This document shows positions 17,889-28,045 of a stretch of 57,936 nucleotides of DNA, piece after piece. The position numbers and the translations under genes are program-made. Origin of the DNA: a virus (taxonomy: Duplodnaviria > Caudoviricetes); IMG/VR virus record IMGVR_UViG_3300021197_001531, positions 1 to 57,936 of that record, one strand, 5' to 3'. Within the stretch, counting starts at the first letter, position 1. Every line of letters starts with the position of its first letter. The notes under the pieces were generated by a model. That model worked only from the letters and a program-made list of their open reading frames with translations, was not told the origin of the DNA and did not search any database.

Positions 17889-19193
17889 GTGGTCATTATG
17901 TGGGGGAGTATGTTCATAGGTGACGAGTACGATGTACCGTTGCAAATGAATGACGATTTCTCCAACACGGTGTTGAAGAGTTTATCTCAACACCCTAATT
18001 TTCAACCCGAAAATGTGCCTTTGAGGGTGATTGACAGTGTTGTAAAACAAGATGACATCAAGCCACAATTTGCCATGAATGGCGACGGATGGTTTGAAAG
18101 TAAGTATGGAAAGGACGCTAACACAATCATTCGCATGTGTCGTAAAATGAGGCGACATGATAAATCATTTAAAGAAGAATATGATGGTATTATCAAAGAT
18201 ATTCGTCGTGTTAAAGCGATGGAAGTTGATGCTACCATTAAATCGCTGGATTGGGCAGATGGATTGGAAGATGTCATTCGTAACATTGGTCTTAACGACC
18301 GCTCACTCAAAGCATTACGAAAATTCGGTAGTTCAAGAAGTACCAGCCTACAGAAAGCCTGTCAGCAATACCTCAAAGCCATGACCGTTCTTCAGCATCT
18401 CAATGGATTAGAAGACTGGGAAGCGGAGGACCAGCAGAATTGGGTCAAAGCAAATGAATTGAAAAAGGATGCACAAAAAATGTGGAGGAACACCCTTCAC
18501 CAAATGGATAACCTCAAAAAAACAGAAGTATCTGCTATTGAGTTTGCTTCCGACCTTCTTGAAAAAGAAGGGGCACTCGGTAGTCGTGAAATTATACGAC
18601 GGGGGTACGGTATTATCAATAAATCTATGACACCGGGGCGTATGAGTGCTTTGCTGAAGATGTATGGAGAAGAGGTGGATGTTTACAAAGGAAGCACACG
18701 GCAAACTTTTGTGAAGAAGGGCACTGAGGGTTTCATCGTTAAAGATATGTGGGCATACACCGCCGGATTTGTAGATGCTGACGGTAGCATTTTCATCTCC
18801 GAGCGAGGTGACCCCCGTGTTACTATTGTAGCCAGTGGTAGTAACGGAAAAACTCACTGTGAGGAATTGCAAAAGATGATTGGTTGCGGTAGGCTCGTTT
18901 CCGACCAAAAATTGGCTAAAAACACCATCAAACCAGTTCATCGGCTTATTTTTTCTTCCAAGAACGATATTCGTGAAATTCTTAAAGGGGTATTACCCCA
19001 TTTGAAACTTAAATCGCTACAGGCAAAGGCTGTTTTAGATTACATTGGACAAAAAGACTCCATGCGAAAGACAGAACTGTACCAACTGGTAACTTACAAC
19101 AATTGGAAAGAGCATAAAAACAAAGCCACTTCTCTTCTTAACAAGTGGGGCTTGAGTGCTGACACTATTGGTGGATATGCTGAGGGGTTGTAA
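17889..19193 (+). CDS. Protein with a C-terminal LAGLIDADG endonuclease domain
   Basis: WAYTAGFVDADGSI and LPHLKLKSLQA motifs after about 285 aa of helical N-terminal region; start may be ATG 17898. Confidence 0.85.
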   Translation: MVIMWGSMFIGDEYDVPLQMNDDFSNTVLKSLSQHPNFQPENVPLRVIDSVVKQDDIKPQFAMNGDGWFESKYGKDANTIIRMCRKMRRHDKSFKEEYDGIIKDIRRVKAMEVDATIKSLDWADGLEDVIRNIGLNDRSLKALRKFGSSRSTSLQKACQQYLKAMTVLQHLNGLEDWEAEDQQNWVKANELKKDAQKMWRNTLHQMDNLKKTEVSAIEFASDLLEKEGALGSREIIRRGYGIINKSMTPGRMSALLKMYGEEVDVYKGSTRQTFVKKGTEGFIVKDMWAYTAGFVDADGSIFISERGDPRVTIVASGSNGKTHCEELQKMIGCGRLVSDQKLAKNTIKPVHRLIFSSKNDIREILKGVLPHLKLKSLQAKAVLDYIGQKDSMRKTELYQLVTYNNWKEHKNKATSLLNKWGLSADTIGGYAEGL

Positions 19194-20965
19194 TGGCAGA
19201 AGAACAAGGAAGAATTACTCGCTTTCTTTCGGCGTTGGGTACACCCTTCCGTCGTAAGGAATCACCAACACCAACTATGCCGTTGTGGACAAGTGGTATT
19301 CAAGAACCCGTCATGGCGCAAGGTATCACCATACCCGCCCTTTATGCTGTAAGCAATGAATCGTTGATTCTTCGTACAGTTCTCGCTAAACTTCGTCAAG
19401 AAATGTTTCGCCGGGGTTATTACTGGGAAAAGAAATTTGCACGCATTTGCACTGTATGTAGCGAGGAATTTCAAAGTGAAGTTGAAACATGTAGCGAATG
19501 TGGTGGTTCAGTTCGTAAACCCGACATTGATGAGTTGACATACGCAAAATGGTTACTCAAGCAAGAAAACTCAATGGAGCAATCTTTCATACATGTACTC
19601 AACGAGATAGAGGCTGACCTCAACATTGTTGACGACGCCTTTTTGATTTTAGTCAAAGAGTATTTCATTGACCCTAAATCCAAAGAAGTTGCCTTTTTCC
19701 GTGTTAAAGAGATAATGCGTGGTGACCCAATCTTCATGCGTATTGTCGCTGACAAGCGTGGTGTTCGTGGTGGTCGTTACAAGACATGTTTGATACACCG
19801 TGACCAAATTAAAACTCACGCTGAACAAGATACCTGTGAAGAATGCGGCGCAGACCTACACGATGTACACTATGTGAACATGGCCGGTAGCGGTAAAACT
19901 CAATACTTTGTTGAAGGAGAAGTTCTTCATGTCAGTAAGTACAAACCTGCTAAATTGTATGGGCGTTCTCCGGTCAACACCATGTGGCGGCAAGCCATGA
20001 CCTTGACAGCGATGGACAATTACATTTACACCGCTTATCAAAAGCGTCGGATGCCCAAAGGAATCGTTTCGGTCACAACAGACAATTTGGAGTCAATGAA
20101 GTCTTTTTGGAAGGCTGTTGATGAGAAAATGGAGCGTGACCCTCATTACATTCCTAAAGTGGGAATTGAATCTTCCAGTGGTCGTGGGGGTGTAAATTGG
20201 ATTAAATTCATGGACACTCTTGAAGAAATGCAATACATGTCTGTGCGTGATGAAATTCGTAACAGAATAGCCGCTTTTTACGGTGTATCATCTGTTTTTA
20301 TGATTGACAGTGGTAAGTCGGGCGGTCTTAACAATGAAGGTATGCAAATTCTTGTGACCAATCGTGCTGTTGAGTTTGGGCAAAAAGTGTACACCGAAGT
20401 TCTTTTCCCTCGCTTGTTAAAGCAGATGAATATAAGTGACTGGAAACTAACACTGTACCCCAATGAGGAAGAAGATGAGATTACTCGCCTGCGCCGTGAT
20501 TCGGAAGAACTCAATGTTGCACAGCGTATGGCACAACTTGGTTTCATGCCCGAATTGATTGAAGACACGGCAAATCGTGATATTCGCTTTACTTACAAGC
20601 GACCCGAACCTCAACCACCGCAACAAGGTGCACCTCCGGGCGGTGCACCACCACCGGGTATGCCACCCGGTATGCCACCGGGTATGCCACCGGGTATGCC
20701 ACCGGGTATGCCACCGGGTATGCCACCGATGGGCGGTGCTGGACCACAAATGCCACCTCAACTCGCAAGACAAGTTATGCCTCCACCTCAACCCGGCGGG
20801 CAGGGTGTTGGTCTGCGTAACAGGGGTCCAGCGACCCCGGAACGCCGTGGGAGTATGGGGAGCGGCGCACCATTCACCAATGTGCAACAAAGAGGCCCGG
20901 AGCCTTCTATGCAACAGAATTTGAGTAACGCTTTACTAAACGCAAGACGCCCTCGTGGTCAGTAA
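19193..20965 (+). CDS. Portal protein with zinc-ribbon insertions and a Pro-rich tail
   Basis: Position after terL; DLNIVDDAF, EVLH, YGRSP, MPKGIV and EMQY..RNRIAAFYGV portal-like motifs; CTVC/CSEC and CLIH/CEEC. Confidence 0.88.
   Translation: MAEEQGRITRFLSALGTPFRRKESPTPTMPLWTSGIQEPVMAQGITIPALYAVSNESLILRTVLAKLRQEMFRRGYYWEKKFARICTVCSEEFQSEVETCSECGGSVRKPDIDELTYAKWLLKQENSMEQSFIHVLNEIEADLNIVDDAFLILVKEYFIDPKSKEVAFFRVKEIMRGDPIFMRIVADKRGVRGGRYKTCLIHRDQIKTHAEQDTCEECGADLHDVHYVNMAGSGKTQYFVEGEVLHVSKYKPAKLYGRSPVNTMWRQAMTLTAMDNYIYTAYQKRRMPKGIVSVTTDNLESMKSFWKAVDEKMERDPHYIPKVGIESSSGRGGVNWIKFMDTLEEMQYMSVRDEIRNRIAAFYGVSSVFMIDSGKSGGLNNEGMQILVTNRAVEFGQKVYTEVLFPRLLKQMNISDWKLTLYPNEEEDEITRLRRDSEELNVAQRMAQLGFMPELIEDTANRDIRFTYKRPEPQPPQQGAPPGGAPPPGMPPGMPPGMPPGMPPGMPPGMPPMGGAGPQMPPQLARQVMPPPQPGGQGVGLRNRGPATPERRGSMGSGAPFTNVQQRGPEPSMQQNLSNALLNARRPRGQ
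20651..20722 (+). repeat. 12-nt tandem repeat CCACCGGGTATG x6 (PPGM x6) in the portal C-terminus
   Basis: Read directly; one unit carries a synonymous change (CCACCCGGTATG). Confidence 0.95.
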
Positions 20966-21011
20966 GCGTTTTAAAGACGAATAGCATGAGAAACACATAG
21001 CAGGGATTAAC

Positions 21012-21362
21012 ATGGACTTATTGAAGATGCACCCGATGGCTCGTAAAATGGAACAAGCGAACAAGGCATTTCTTGATGCTCTTGAAAGTGGGGATGGCCG
21101 AATGGCCAAGCAACACCTCACTGAAGTTCAAAAACTCAGTGACTTTCTCGCTGATGATTTGCAAGGAGAAATTACCAAGTCGGATGTTGTAACACCACAA
21201 GGTCCACGGGACATTTTCGCTGGTGGTGTACCAGTTTTGAAAATGGATTCTCAACAAGCCGCTCAACCTGCTTTGAAGGGAGAACGGATTGGTTTTATGT
21301 CATCCACTGCTCACAAGCGACAGTACAAGCGAAGTGCCGGTAGTTACGGTCGTCGTCTTTGA
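21012..21362 (+). CDS. Hypothetical head-module protein
   Basis: 116-aa ORF; upstream TTTTAAAG at 20969-20976; MDLLK and EITKS sites. Confidence 0.7.
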   Translation: MDLLKMHPMARKMEQANKAFLDALESGDGRMAKQHLTEVQKLSDFLADDLQGEITKSDVVTPQGPRDIFAGGVPVLKMDSQQAAQPALKGERIGFMSSTAHKRQYKRSAGSYGRRL

Positions 21363-21371
21363 GGTGATTTA

Positions 21372-21713
21372 ATGAGTGATTCCACTAACGCCGAGCAATT
21401 GATTGGTGTCCTCATCAACAAAATGGAAACTATGGATTCCGACCTTTCGCTTATCAAGGCTGAAAATGTGGCTCTAAGAAATATCATCAATAATCCTCAA
21501 CAACTTCTTCGTAAAATGGGACTTGTGAGTGTTGCTACACCCTTGACCGATGATTTGCAAGTTGACCCATTTCGGGGAGACATGTCGCTTGAAGGGGGTT
21601 CTTTGTTGAAAAGTACACCCCAAGTTGGGACAATGAGTAACGAGGACATTCACGCTATGTCATGGGAACAAATCCATGAAATGGCCGTAGGAGCAAAGGG
21701 GGCAGTACAATGA
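21372..21713 (+). CDS. Coiled-coil protein with a scaffold-like C-terminal motif
   Basis: GAGGTGA RBS; C-terminal SNEDIHAMSWEQIHEMA resembles the end of the protease/scaffold. Confidence 0.72.
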   Translation: MSDSTNAEQLIGVLINKMETMDSDLSLIKAENVALRNIINNPQQLLRKMGLVSVATPLTDDLQVDPFRGDMSLEGGSLLKSTPQVGTMSNEDIHAMSWEQIHEMAVGAKGAVQ

Positions 21714-22306
21714 AACCACGAGCAGTTAGTAACGAATACATTTCAAAGGCTATTGAACTTAAACAGCGGCTTGATGCTTTGGAAATCTCCAAAGCAAAGT
21801 GTGACTGTAAAGAAGGAGAGTGTGACTGTAAAGACTGTCCTAAGTGCGGTTCTAAAATGAACAAAATGGGTGGCTGTATGAAGATGGGTTGCGGAGGCAA
21901 AATGGAAAAAGCCGAACCGGGATTCAAGACTGAGAAAATCACCGATGTCAATCCTTCCTTCCACGCTGAGTCGGGTGGACAAACCAAGAGTGGTTACTTT
22001 ACCACCAATGGACGCACCATTGAAACTGAGGACGCACCTAAGAAAAAGAAGGCTAAAGAAACAAGTGACATGCAAAGCCTTGGTTCTCGTATGAACCCTC
22101 ACGAGGGTGGCGGTGTAGAGCGAGAGGATTCGGCTGGCGACTCCAAACCCTTGAAGAAGGCTAATCCAAAAACAGCCATGCGTGAAGGAGCGGCACCGGT
22201 AATTTGCGGTCTTTGTGGAGGCACTGAGCGTACAGGTTGCCAACTCCCGCAACACGGCGGTATGGATTTGCTTGCTTGTCCATCATTCCAACCGCTTCAT
22301 CGTTGA
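21710..22306 (+). CDS. Cys/Lys-rich hypothetical head-module protein
   Basis: CDCKEGECDCKDCPKC and CGLC..C..C; ISKA x2, MEKA and LKKA sites. Confidence 0.7.
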   Translation: MKPRAVSNEYISKAIELKQRLDALEISKAKCDCKEGECDCKDCPKCGSKMNKMGGCMKMGCGGKMEKAEPGFKTEKITDVNPSFHAESGGQTKSGYFTTNGRTIETEDAPKKKKAKETSDMQSLGSRMNPHEGGGVEREDSAGDSKPLKKANPKTAMREGAAPVICGLCGGTERTGCQLPQHGGMDLLACPSFQPLHR

Positions 22307-22318
22307 GGCGGTGAAAGC

Positions 22319-25300
22319 GTGGACGACCATTTCTATGTTTGCGGCAACGAGTTGCTAAAATCGTTAGAAGATGGATTTGACCTTCGTTATTCTGCGGCTG
22401 AGTATATCCTCGCATATGAGGCTCTTGACACGCCTCCAAAAGAACCGCTGTACAAATCACTCAAAGCCACGGCTGAGATGATTTACAAAGAAGAAGAAGA
22501 AAAAACAAAGGTGGAACAAGATTATCATTTCCCCGAAGGTCTTGGTTACCTTTTTGCTCATCACCATACACATGGAGAGCCTACAGACCATGTTTGGAAA
22601 AACGGTCTTCAAACCCCTATAGATTCAAAAGTTCGTCATGCTGTATGGCCCTATTACCAACCTAAAGATGGCAAGCAACCATACCAAAGTCACCATTTCC
22701 CATTCCACGAAATCAATCATCCACTTTTGCGTACACATGCTGTAAATGGTACACCTCATTATGTTGAAATGCTACGCTCATGGGCGTTGGGTGGGCATGG
22801 TGAAAAAGAAAAAGAAATGGAAAAAGATTTCTTTGACCATGTTGGTAAAAAACACCCAATCGTTGATGGTTTCAAGGCCAATGAAAAACATGTGAAGATT
22901 ATTGGTGATACCCGACCAAACGGGACACTGTTGCATCATCAACACGATTTGTATGAGAGAGATTACTTTCGCTGGTTGAAGAAAAATAAAAATCGTGAAG
23001 AAGAACTACTGAGCGAAGGTATGTCAAACGCTGAACTGAAAGAGCAACTCCGTAAGGAACATTTTGCTGACCGTGCGGCCATGTGGGAGGCTGATGATGA
23101 TAAGAATATGGTCTTGAGTGACAAATACGAAGAGCACCCAACTCGTCTTGGACATCTTGGTTATATGTTAGGACTTGAATGGTTAGACCCCGAAGAGCGT
23201 ACAGCCGTTATGAATCATATTGATGAAAAAGGACTTGATGACCATGATTTAATTTCTCTCCCTAACGGGCAAAAAATACCTTCTGCTCGCCTCAAGTATA
23301 ACGCTCTCATGCGTATGACGCCCGAAATGAATTGGGCAGTAAGACCGATGACACACATGGGGCGTAATACACATTATCACCAAGAAGACAATGATAAGGA
23401 CTACACAAAGGGAGAACAGGGGATGTTTCTTCAACAAGGATTAGGTGCACTTTCTCACGAACCTTTAGAAGAATTTGATAACCGTTCTATCGCCAGTCAT
23501 ATTCTTGAGCGCATTCGTGAAAATTACAATCTACCAAACAGCCGAAGAATGCTCCCTCGTTTAAATATTCACAAAGAGCCGATGAAAAATCTCACTCAAG
23601 ATGACATCACTGATGCGATGGACCTGCATCATAATACCAAAGGAAAAGGGCTTGAAAAAGTAAGGATGACAAAAGACGACTTGCTTTATTTGGCAGGATA
23701 TGACCCAAAAACACGAGAGTTGTTGACTGACCACCCTCTACATGGTAAATTGACAGAACCCGTTGTTGATGCAGGGATGATAGATTACATTGAGGCAATT
23801 GCTAAATCAAGAGCATCCCTTCATGCTGGGATAAAAGATATTCGTAATCTTCGGGCATTTTTTACTTCACCTCATGGGCCTCACCCCGAAGAAGAAAAGC
23901 CAAAGTTTTGGCGGGAGAGTAATGATGGTTTTACATATGGACCGGGGAGATTTTGGGCGCAACCGTTCGCTCGTACTGGTGGGGCGGGCATGACCACTGC
24001 CACATATCATGAAATTCTTGAAGGTACACACGGCGGAGGGGATGATACTCCTTCTCCTTTTGTTGAGCATATAGACGATGCAGGCGAAAATTTCTTTCAG
24101 CCTAATTCGTTAAATACCACTTTAGCGAATCACTTTATGCCGTTGAGAACTCGCATGATTGGTGAGGCAACGGGTAAAAAAATCGGTAAGAAGTTCAATT
24201 ACTTCAATGATTATGAAATACTACAGAACATGCTTTCACCGTTTGGTACCTCAAAAGCACATTTAGGTCGTGAGGGAGTAACCAACAAAAATAATTTTAC
24301 GGAACACAAAACAACTCTTAACCCAGCCTACGAATATGATATTCGCCATACAAGTAGGAATCAACGCAAGGATAAAATAGGCACGCATTTGCCTCCAAAC
24401 TCTTTTCCTCACACTGTAATCCCAATGCAACATGTAGGTGGAATTACAAGTTATGGTTCAAACCCATCGGATAGTAACTTGCATCGCAATGCCCAACTTT
24501 CACATTATCTTGAAACCCTTGGAGGGCGAATGAATCACCCATACACTCCTGCAAAAAAGATGATGATGAAAGTAAAAGACTTCCTTCGTGGTGATGAAGC
24601 CTTTAGTGGCGGAGCGAGTAAAGATGAGTTTACAGATTTCATGCGCTGGGGGACGGGTGGTGGTTTCTCATTCAAGGCTTTGAAAAATCAAGTGTTGGAC
24701 AATCCAAGCCTCAATCACGCAATGACCGCTATTTCACAAGCATCAAAGATATTGGGTACCGAGAGTCCTAAAGCGATTCTTAATTACCTAATGAACGATG
24801 AAAATAATGATAAATTAAATCAAGCAATGCTTGATAGGAACTTAGGAGAACTTGACAAAGAGAAACTAAGGGTGGGTATTCAAACTGTTATGGGGAACAT
24901 CACCAACGAAATTGAAGAGGCAAAGAAGAATCAAAAGACGAAGACAACAATACATGCTGATGAAAAGGATGCTGTGTCAAGATTGTTGCAATTTGGTGGT
25001 ATGTTACCATCTTCCCAAAAAGAAGAAGAAATCAACGAGCGGCTTGAAAATTTAAATGAGAGTTTAATGGAGGCACAAGCCACAAACGCCCCAATTGAGG
25101 AGATTCAATCTTACGGAGAGCAAATAAAATCGGCCACCGAAGAATTGGATAAAATACAGCGCAGTGCTCAAAAGTTCAAAATATCAAATCATTGGAAGAA
25201 AGATGCGGGGCGTATGGAAACGCTCATGGGTTCTCATCGCCAAACGGTAGCCGAAGTTGCACGAGATGTATTGTTACCTAAATTTCTTGAGCACGACCCG

Positions 25301-28006
25301 GATGCGTTTGACCCTAACAACCCAAAGAAATTCATTGACAACACACAACGCTTGGTTCGTGACGCTCAACGCTACATTGTGTCGGTACCTCACAGTGTAC
25401 ACGGTATTACAGCCAATAATTACGCCATTCAAGAATCAATTAAAGCCACAAAACCTTCTCAAAATCCTTTCCATGCCACTTTGGGTAAACACTTGTCAAC
25501 AGATGGTAAAATGATTGATGCTAACATGAGTGTTGACGAAGTGCTAAACATACTCAATGTGGAAAAAAGTGGCGTGGCTAAAGAAAAGGCACGAGAACTC
25601 ATTCAAGCCTCCGCTAAAGCCAACACTCCATTGTTTGCATCAACCGTCAAAGACATCTTGCTTAGCGGTAAAATCCCCAACATTGACGCTATCAACCTCA
25701 ATCATTTCAGTGATGAAGAATTGATGAACAAGCCCGAAGAAGAACTGAGTGACGAAGAGCGTTTCTTCCGTTACGCACGAGAAAACGGGTATCACAACGC
25801 CATGAATCATTTCCAGCAACAAACTGACATCAAACAATGGATGGGGCACCATGCACACGCCATTCCTCGCTATATGTCCATGATGCTGAGTCCTAAGCAG
25901 TTTGAAATGTCCATGCTTTCAGCGGGTATTGGGAGCATTGGTGGGGATATTCACAACGCTATGGGTACCGGTAGCAAAACAAAGGCTCGTAAAACAAATA
26001 CAACCAAAAACAACCTTGACACCATTGTACACTTTGACCCTCGTGCTTTAGAAGATGATGTGGGTATTGAAACTCCGGGTGAAGATATATCTCGCTCGGC
26101 TGGCTTTTCTCAAATTCCAGTGGGTAACCCTGCGCCAAACCATGGTGGTATATTGGATAATTTTGACAGTGGGGGGTGGCATCACGGCTACGAAGCAGAA
26201 CCAACCTTGGGTGCTGAGTTTGATGAGGATGGAAACATCCATGTTGGACAACACGCCGGTCCGGGTCTTTTCCAATCAGTACCCATGGAGATGGCCACGA
26301 TGATTCACGGAGATATGGCTCAACAAGCCTATGCTAATGTCCCACCACCTGTTTATCCCGACAACGCACATCAAAGCATGGACATGGAAACAGGTGAAAC
26401 TGCCAGTGAGGTACCGTACAAAATTTCAGCAAGTGAAATGACTGAGTTGATTACCGCTTTACTTGACCCCGATGTGTTGTTGGAAAAAAGTGATGATGCC
26501 AAATGGATTCCACCAGTTCGCCCCATGCACCGAATTTTTGATTTGAGTGACCTTCAGCATCTTCGTGGGTTTAGCGGCTCATGGGTAGTCAGTAAATGGT
26601 ATGATGGTAAGCGGATTGTGATTGTGCGTAACGATGGTGAAATTACAGCCTATGATGAAAACGGTCGTAAGAAAGGACTTCGTAAAGCAACTAAAGAAGC
26701 ACTTGAAAAGATGAATGACAAGAATTACACACTTGATGCCATCCTTGGGGAAGATGAGTTAAACATCATTGACATCATCAATTACGATGACAACAATGTG
26801 GGCGAAATGCAAATGTTTGAGCGGTTGAAAATTCTTCGCTCACAGTTTGACAGCCAAGAGCATGTTATTGTTCCCGGTCCACACGATACTCGTATGACGG
26901 ATGATGAGGGGCTATCCGATGCCGTCAAGAACCTCAAAGACGAGCATGACAACATATTGCTGAGAGATAACAAGTCAACCTATATGCGTGGTGAGCGGCG
27001 ACATCCAAAGTGGATTGTGTATAGGGACAGCCGTGATTTTAACTTCCTCATTCTTGACCGTAGAGGAAAAGGTCCGTACACTTACCAGTTAGGTGCCGGG
27101 CCTATTCTTGAAATTGAAGGCTTAGGTAATCGTGCAATTGAGCACAAAGGAGAACACTACATGGATGTGGGAACAGCCCACAATCAAAGTAAAGTATTCA
27201 AGGTTGGTGACATTGTTCGTGCTTCTGTTACAGGCATTTCCAAGAAAAACCGTAAAAATCGTCCGGTGTATAATGTACAGGTCAAAGAGTTGGAGGGTGA
27301 AGGTGAGGGTGAAGGTGCGGCCAGTACCGAATCACTTGACCTTATGACAAAATCCTTTGCTCCTATTCTCGTTCCTCATGATATTGAAATCTCAAATTCG
27401 CAGATTCAAATTTTACTAAAGGATATAGACACAGTTTACTATGAAATGGAAGAAATCGGTGACGCTTGGGTTGTTCATTCACCGAAAAGTAGTATAGGGG
27501 ATTTGACAAAAAGTGACTACCCAGTGATATTAGCGGAAAGTCTCATGCCGTTTTGGTCAGCGGTTGCTCCTTTATTGGTGAAAGGAATTTTGTCAAAGAA
27601 GGTGGAGGTTGATATGCCGAAGAAGCCAACTGAAGAAGAGATGGAAGAAGGAAGTGCTGGGATTATTGATGAGGAAGATGAAAACCGTTTACTCAAACCT
27701 AACGACACCAAGAAAGCGTTGGAAATCATTTCACGAGCATTGGACAAAATAAGCAAAGAGCGAATGACTTGGACGGGTCCAAAGGGCTTGGGTATTGATT
27801 TAGGTACACCTCAAGAATCACCTCGTGGCCCAACACAACTCCGAAACGAATCAACACTTCCCGATTTTGACGGTGAAAAGAAAGTTGAGGGTGAAACAAA
27901 AAAGAAGAAAACCGAGAGACTGAACCACATTCAAATAGAAACAGATGAAGGTGAACGGTTCTCTATAGACTACGACAAGGACCAGCCTTTAGCCTCCCGT
28001 ACATGA
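22319..28006 (+). CDS. 1895-aa head-module protein with a C-terminal ATP-dependent DNA-ligase-like domain (degenerate motifs)
   Basis: WVVSKWYDGKRIVI, TLDAIL, IIDII, ERLKIL, LLRDNKSTYMRGERRHPKW followed by an OB-fold-like region (about 26500-27330); GGTGA RBS. Confidence 0.8.
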   Translation: MDDHFYVCGNELLKSLEDGFDLRYSAAEYILAYEALDTPPKEPLYKSLKATAEMIYKEEEEKTKVEQDYHFPEGLGYLFAHHHTHGEPTDHVWKNGLQTPIDSKVRHAVWPYYQPKDGKQPYQSHHFPFHEINHPLLRTHAVNGTPHYVEMLRSWALGGHGEKEKEMEKDFFDHVGKKHPIVDGFKANEKHVKIIGDTRPNGTLLHHQHDLYERDYFRWLKKNKNREEELLSEGMSNAELKEQLRKEHFADRAAMWEADDDKNMVLSDKYEEHPTRLGHLGYMLGLEWLDPEERTAVMNHIDEKGLDDHDLISLPNGQKIPSARLKYNALMRMTPEMNWAVRPMTHMGRNTHYHQEDNDKDYTKGEQGMFLQQGLGALSHEPLEEFDNRSIASHILERIRENYNLPNSRRMLPRLNIHKEPMKNLTQDDITDAMDLHHNTKGKGLEKVRMTKDDLLYLAGYDPKTRELLTDHPLHGKLTEPVVDAGMIDYIEAIAKSRASLHAGIKDIRNLRAFFTSPHGPHPEEEKPKFWRESNDGFTYGPGRFWAQPFARTGGAGMTTATYHEILEGTHGGGDDTPSPFVEHIDDAGENFFQPNSLNTTLANHFMPLRTRMIGEATGKKIGKKFNYFNDYEILQNMLSPFGTSKAHLGREGVTNKNNFTEHKTTLNPAYEYDIRHTSRNQRKDKIGTHLPPNSFPHTVIPMQHVGGITSYGSNPSDSNLHRNAQLSHYLETLGGRMNHPYTPAKKMMMKVKDFLRGDEAFSGGASKDEFTDFMRWGTGGGFSFKALKNQVLDNPSLNHAMTAISQASKILGTESPKAILNYLMNDENNDKLNQAMLDRNLGELDKEKLRVGIQTVMGNITNEIEEAKKNQKTKTTIHADEKDAVSRLLQFGGMLPSSQKEEEINERLENLNESLMEAQATNAPIEEIQSYGEQIKSATEELDKIQRSAQKFKISNHWKKDAGRMETLMGSHRQTVAEVARDVLLPKFLEHDPDAFDPNNPKKFIDNTQRLVRDAQRYIVSVPHSVHGITANNYAIQESIKATKPSQNPFHATLGKHLSTDGKMIDANMSVDEVLNILNVEKSGVAKEKARELIQASAKANTPLFASTVKDILLSGKIPNIDAINLNHFSDEELMNKPEEELSDEERFFRYARENGYHNAMNHFQQQTDIKQWMGHHAHAIPRYMSMMLSPKQFEMSMLSAGIGSIGGDIHNAMGTGSKTKARKTNTTKNNLDTIVHFDPRALEDDVGIETPGEDISRSAGFSQIPVGNPAPNHGGILDNFDSGGWHHGYEAEPTLGAEFDEDGNIHVGQHAGPGLFQSVPMEMATMIHGDMAQQAYANVPPPVYPDNAHQSMDMETGETASEVPYKISASEMTELITALLDPDVLLEKSDDAKWIPPVRPMHRIFDLSDLQHLRGFSGSWVVSKWYDGKRIVIVRNDGEITAYDENGRKKGLRKATKEALEKMNDKNYTLDAILGEDELNIIDIINYDDNNVGEMQMFERLKILRSQFDSQEHVIVPGPHDTRMTDDEGLSDAVKNLKDEHDNILLRDNKSTYMRGERRHPKWIVYRDSRDFNFLILDRRGKGPYTYQLGAGPILEIEGLGNRAIEHKGEHYMDVGTAHNQSKVFKVGDIVRASVTGISKKNRKNRPVYNVQVKELEGEGEGEGAASTESLDLMTKSFAPILVPHDIEISNSQIQILLKDIDTVYYEMEEIGDAWVVHSPKSSIGDLTKSDYPVILAESLMPFWSAVAPLLVKGILSKKVEVDMPKKPTEEEMEEGSAGIIDEEDENRLLKPNDTKKALEIISRALDKISKERMTWTGPKGLGIDLGTPQESPRGPTQLRNESTLPDFDGEKKVEGETKKKKTERLNHIQIETDEGERFSIDYDKDQPLASRT

Positions 28007-28015
28007 CGAACCCTT

Positions 28016-28023
28016 CTTATACG
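28016..28023 (+). promoter_or_regulatory. TATA-like promoter for the protease/capsid genes
   Basis: CTTATACG 22 nt before ATG 28046. Confidence 0.4.
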
Positions 28024-28045
28024 ATAACAGGGAGTCGGAAGGTTA

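Noticed and set aside
15555-20965. Intein or intron in terminase/portal associated with the LAGLIDADG domain
   Set aside because: Terminase and portal read as uninterrupted; no intein N-terminal Cys block or His-Asn end seen.
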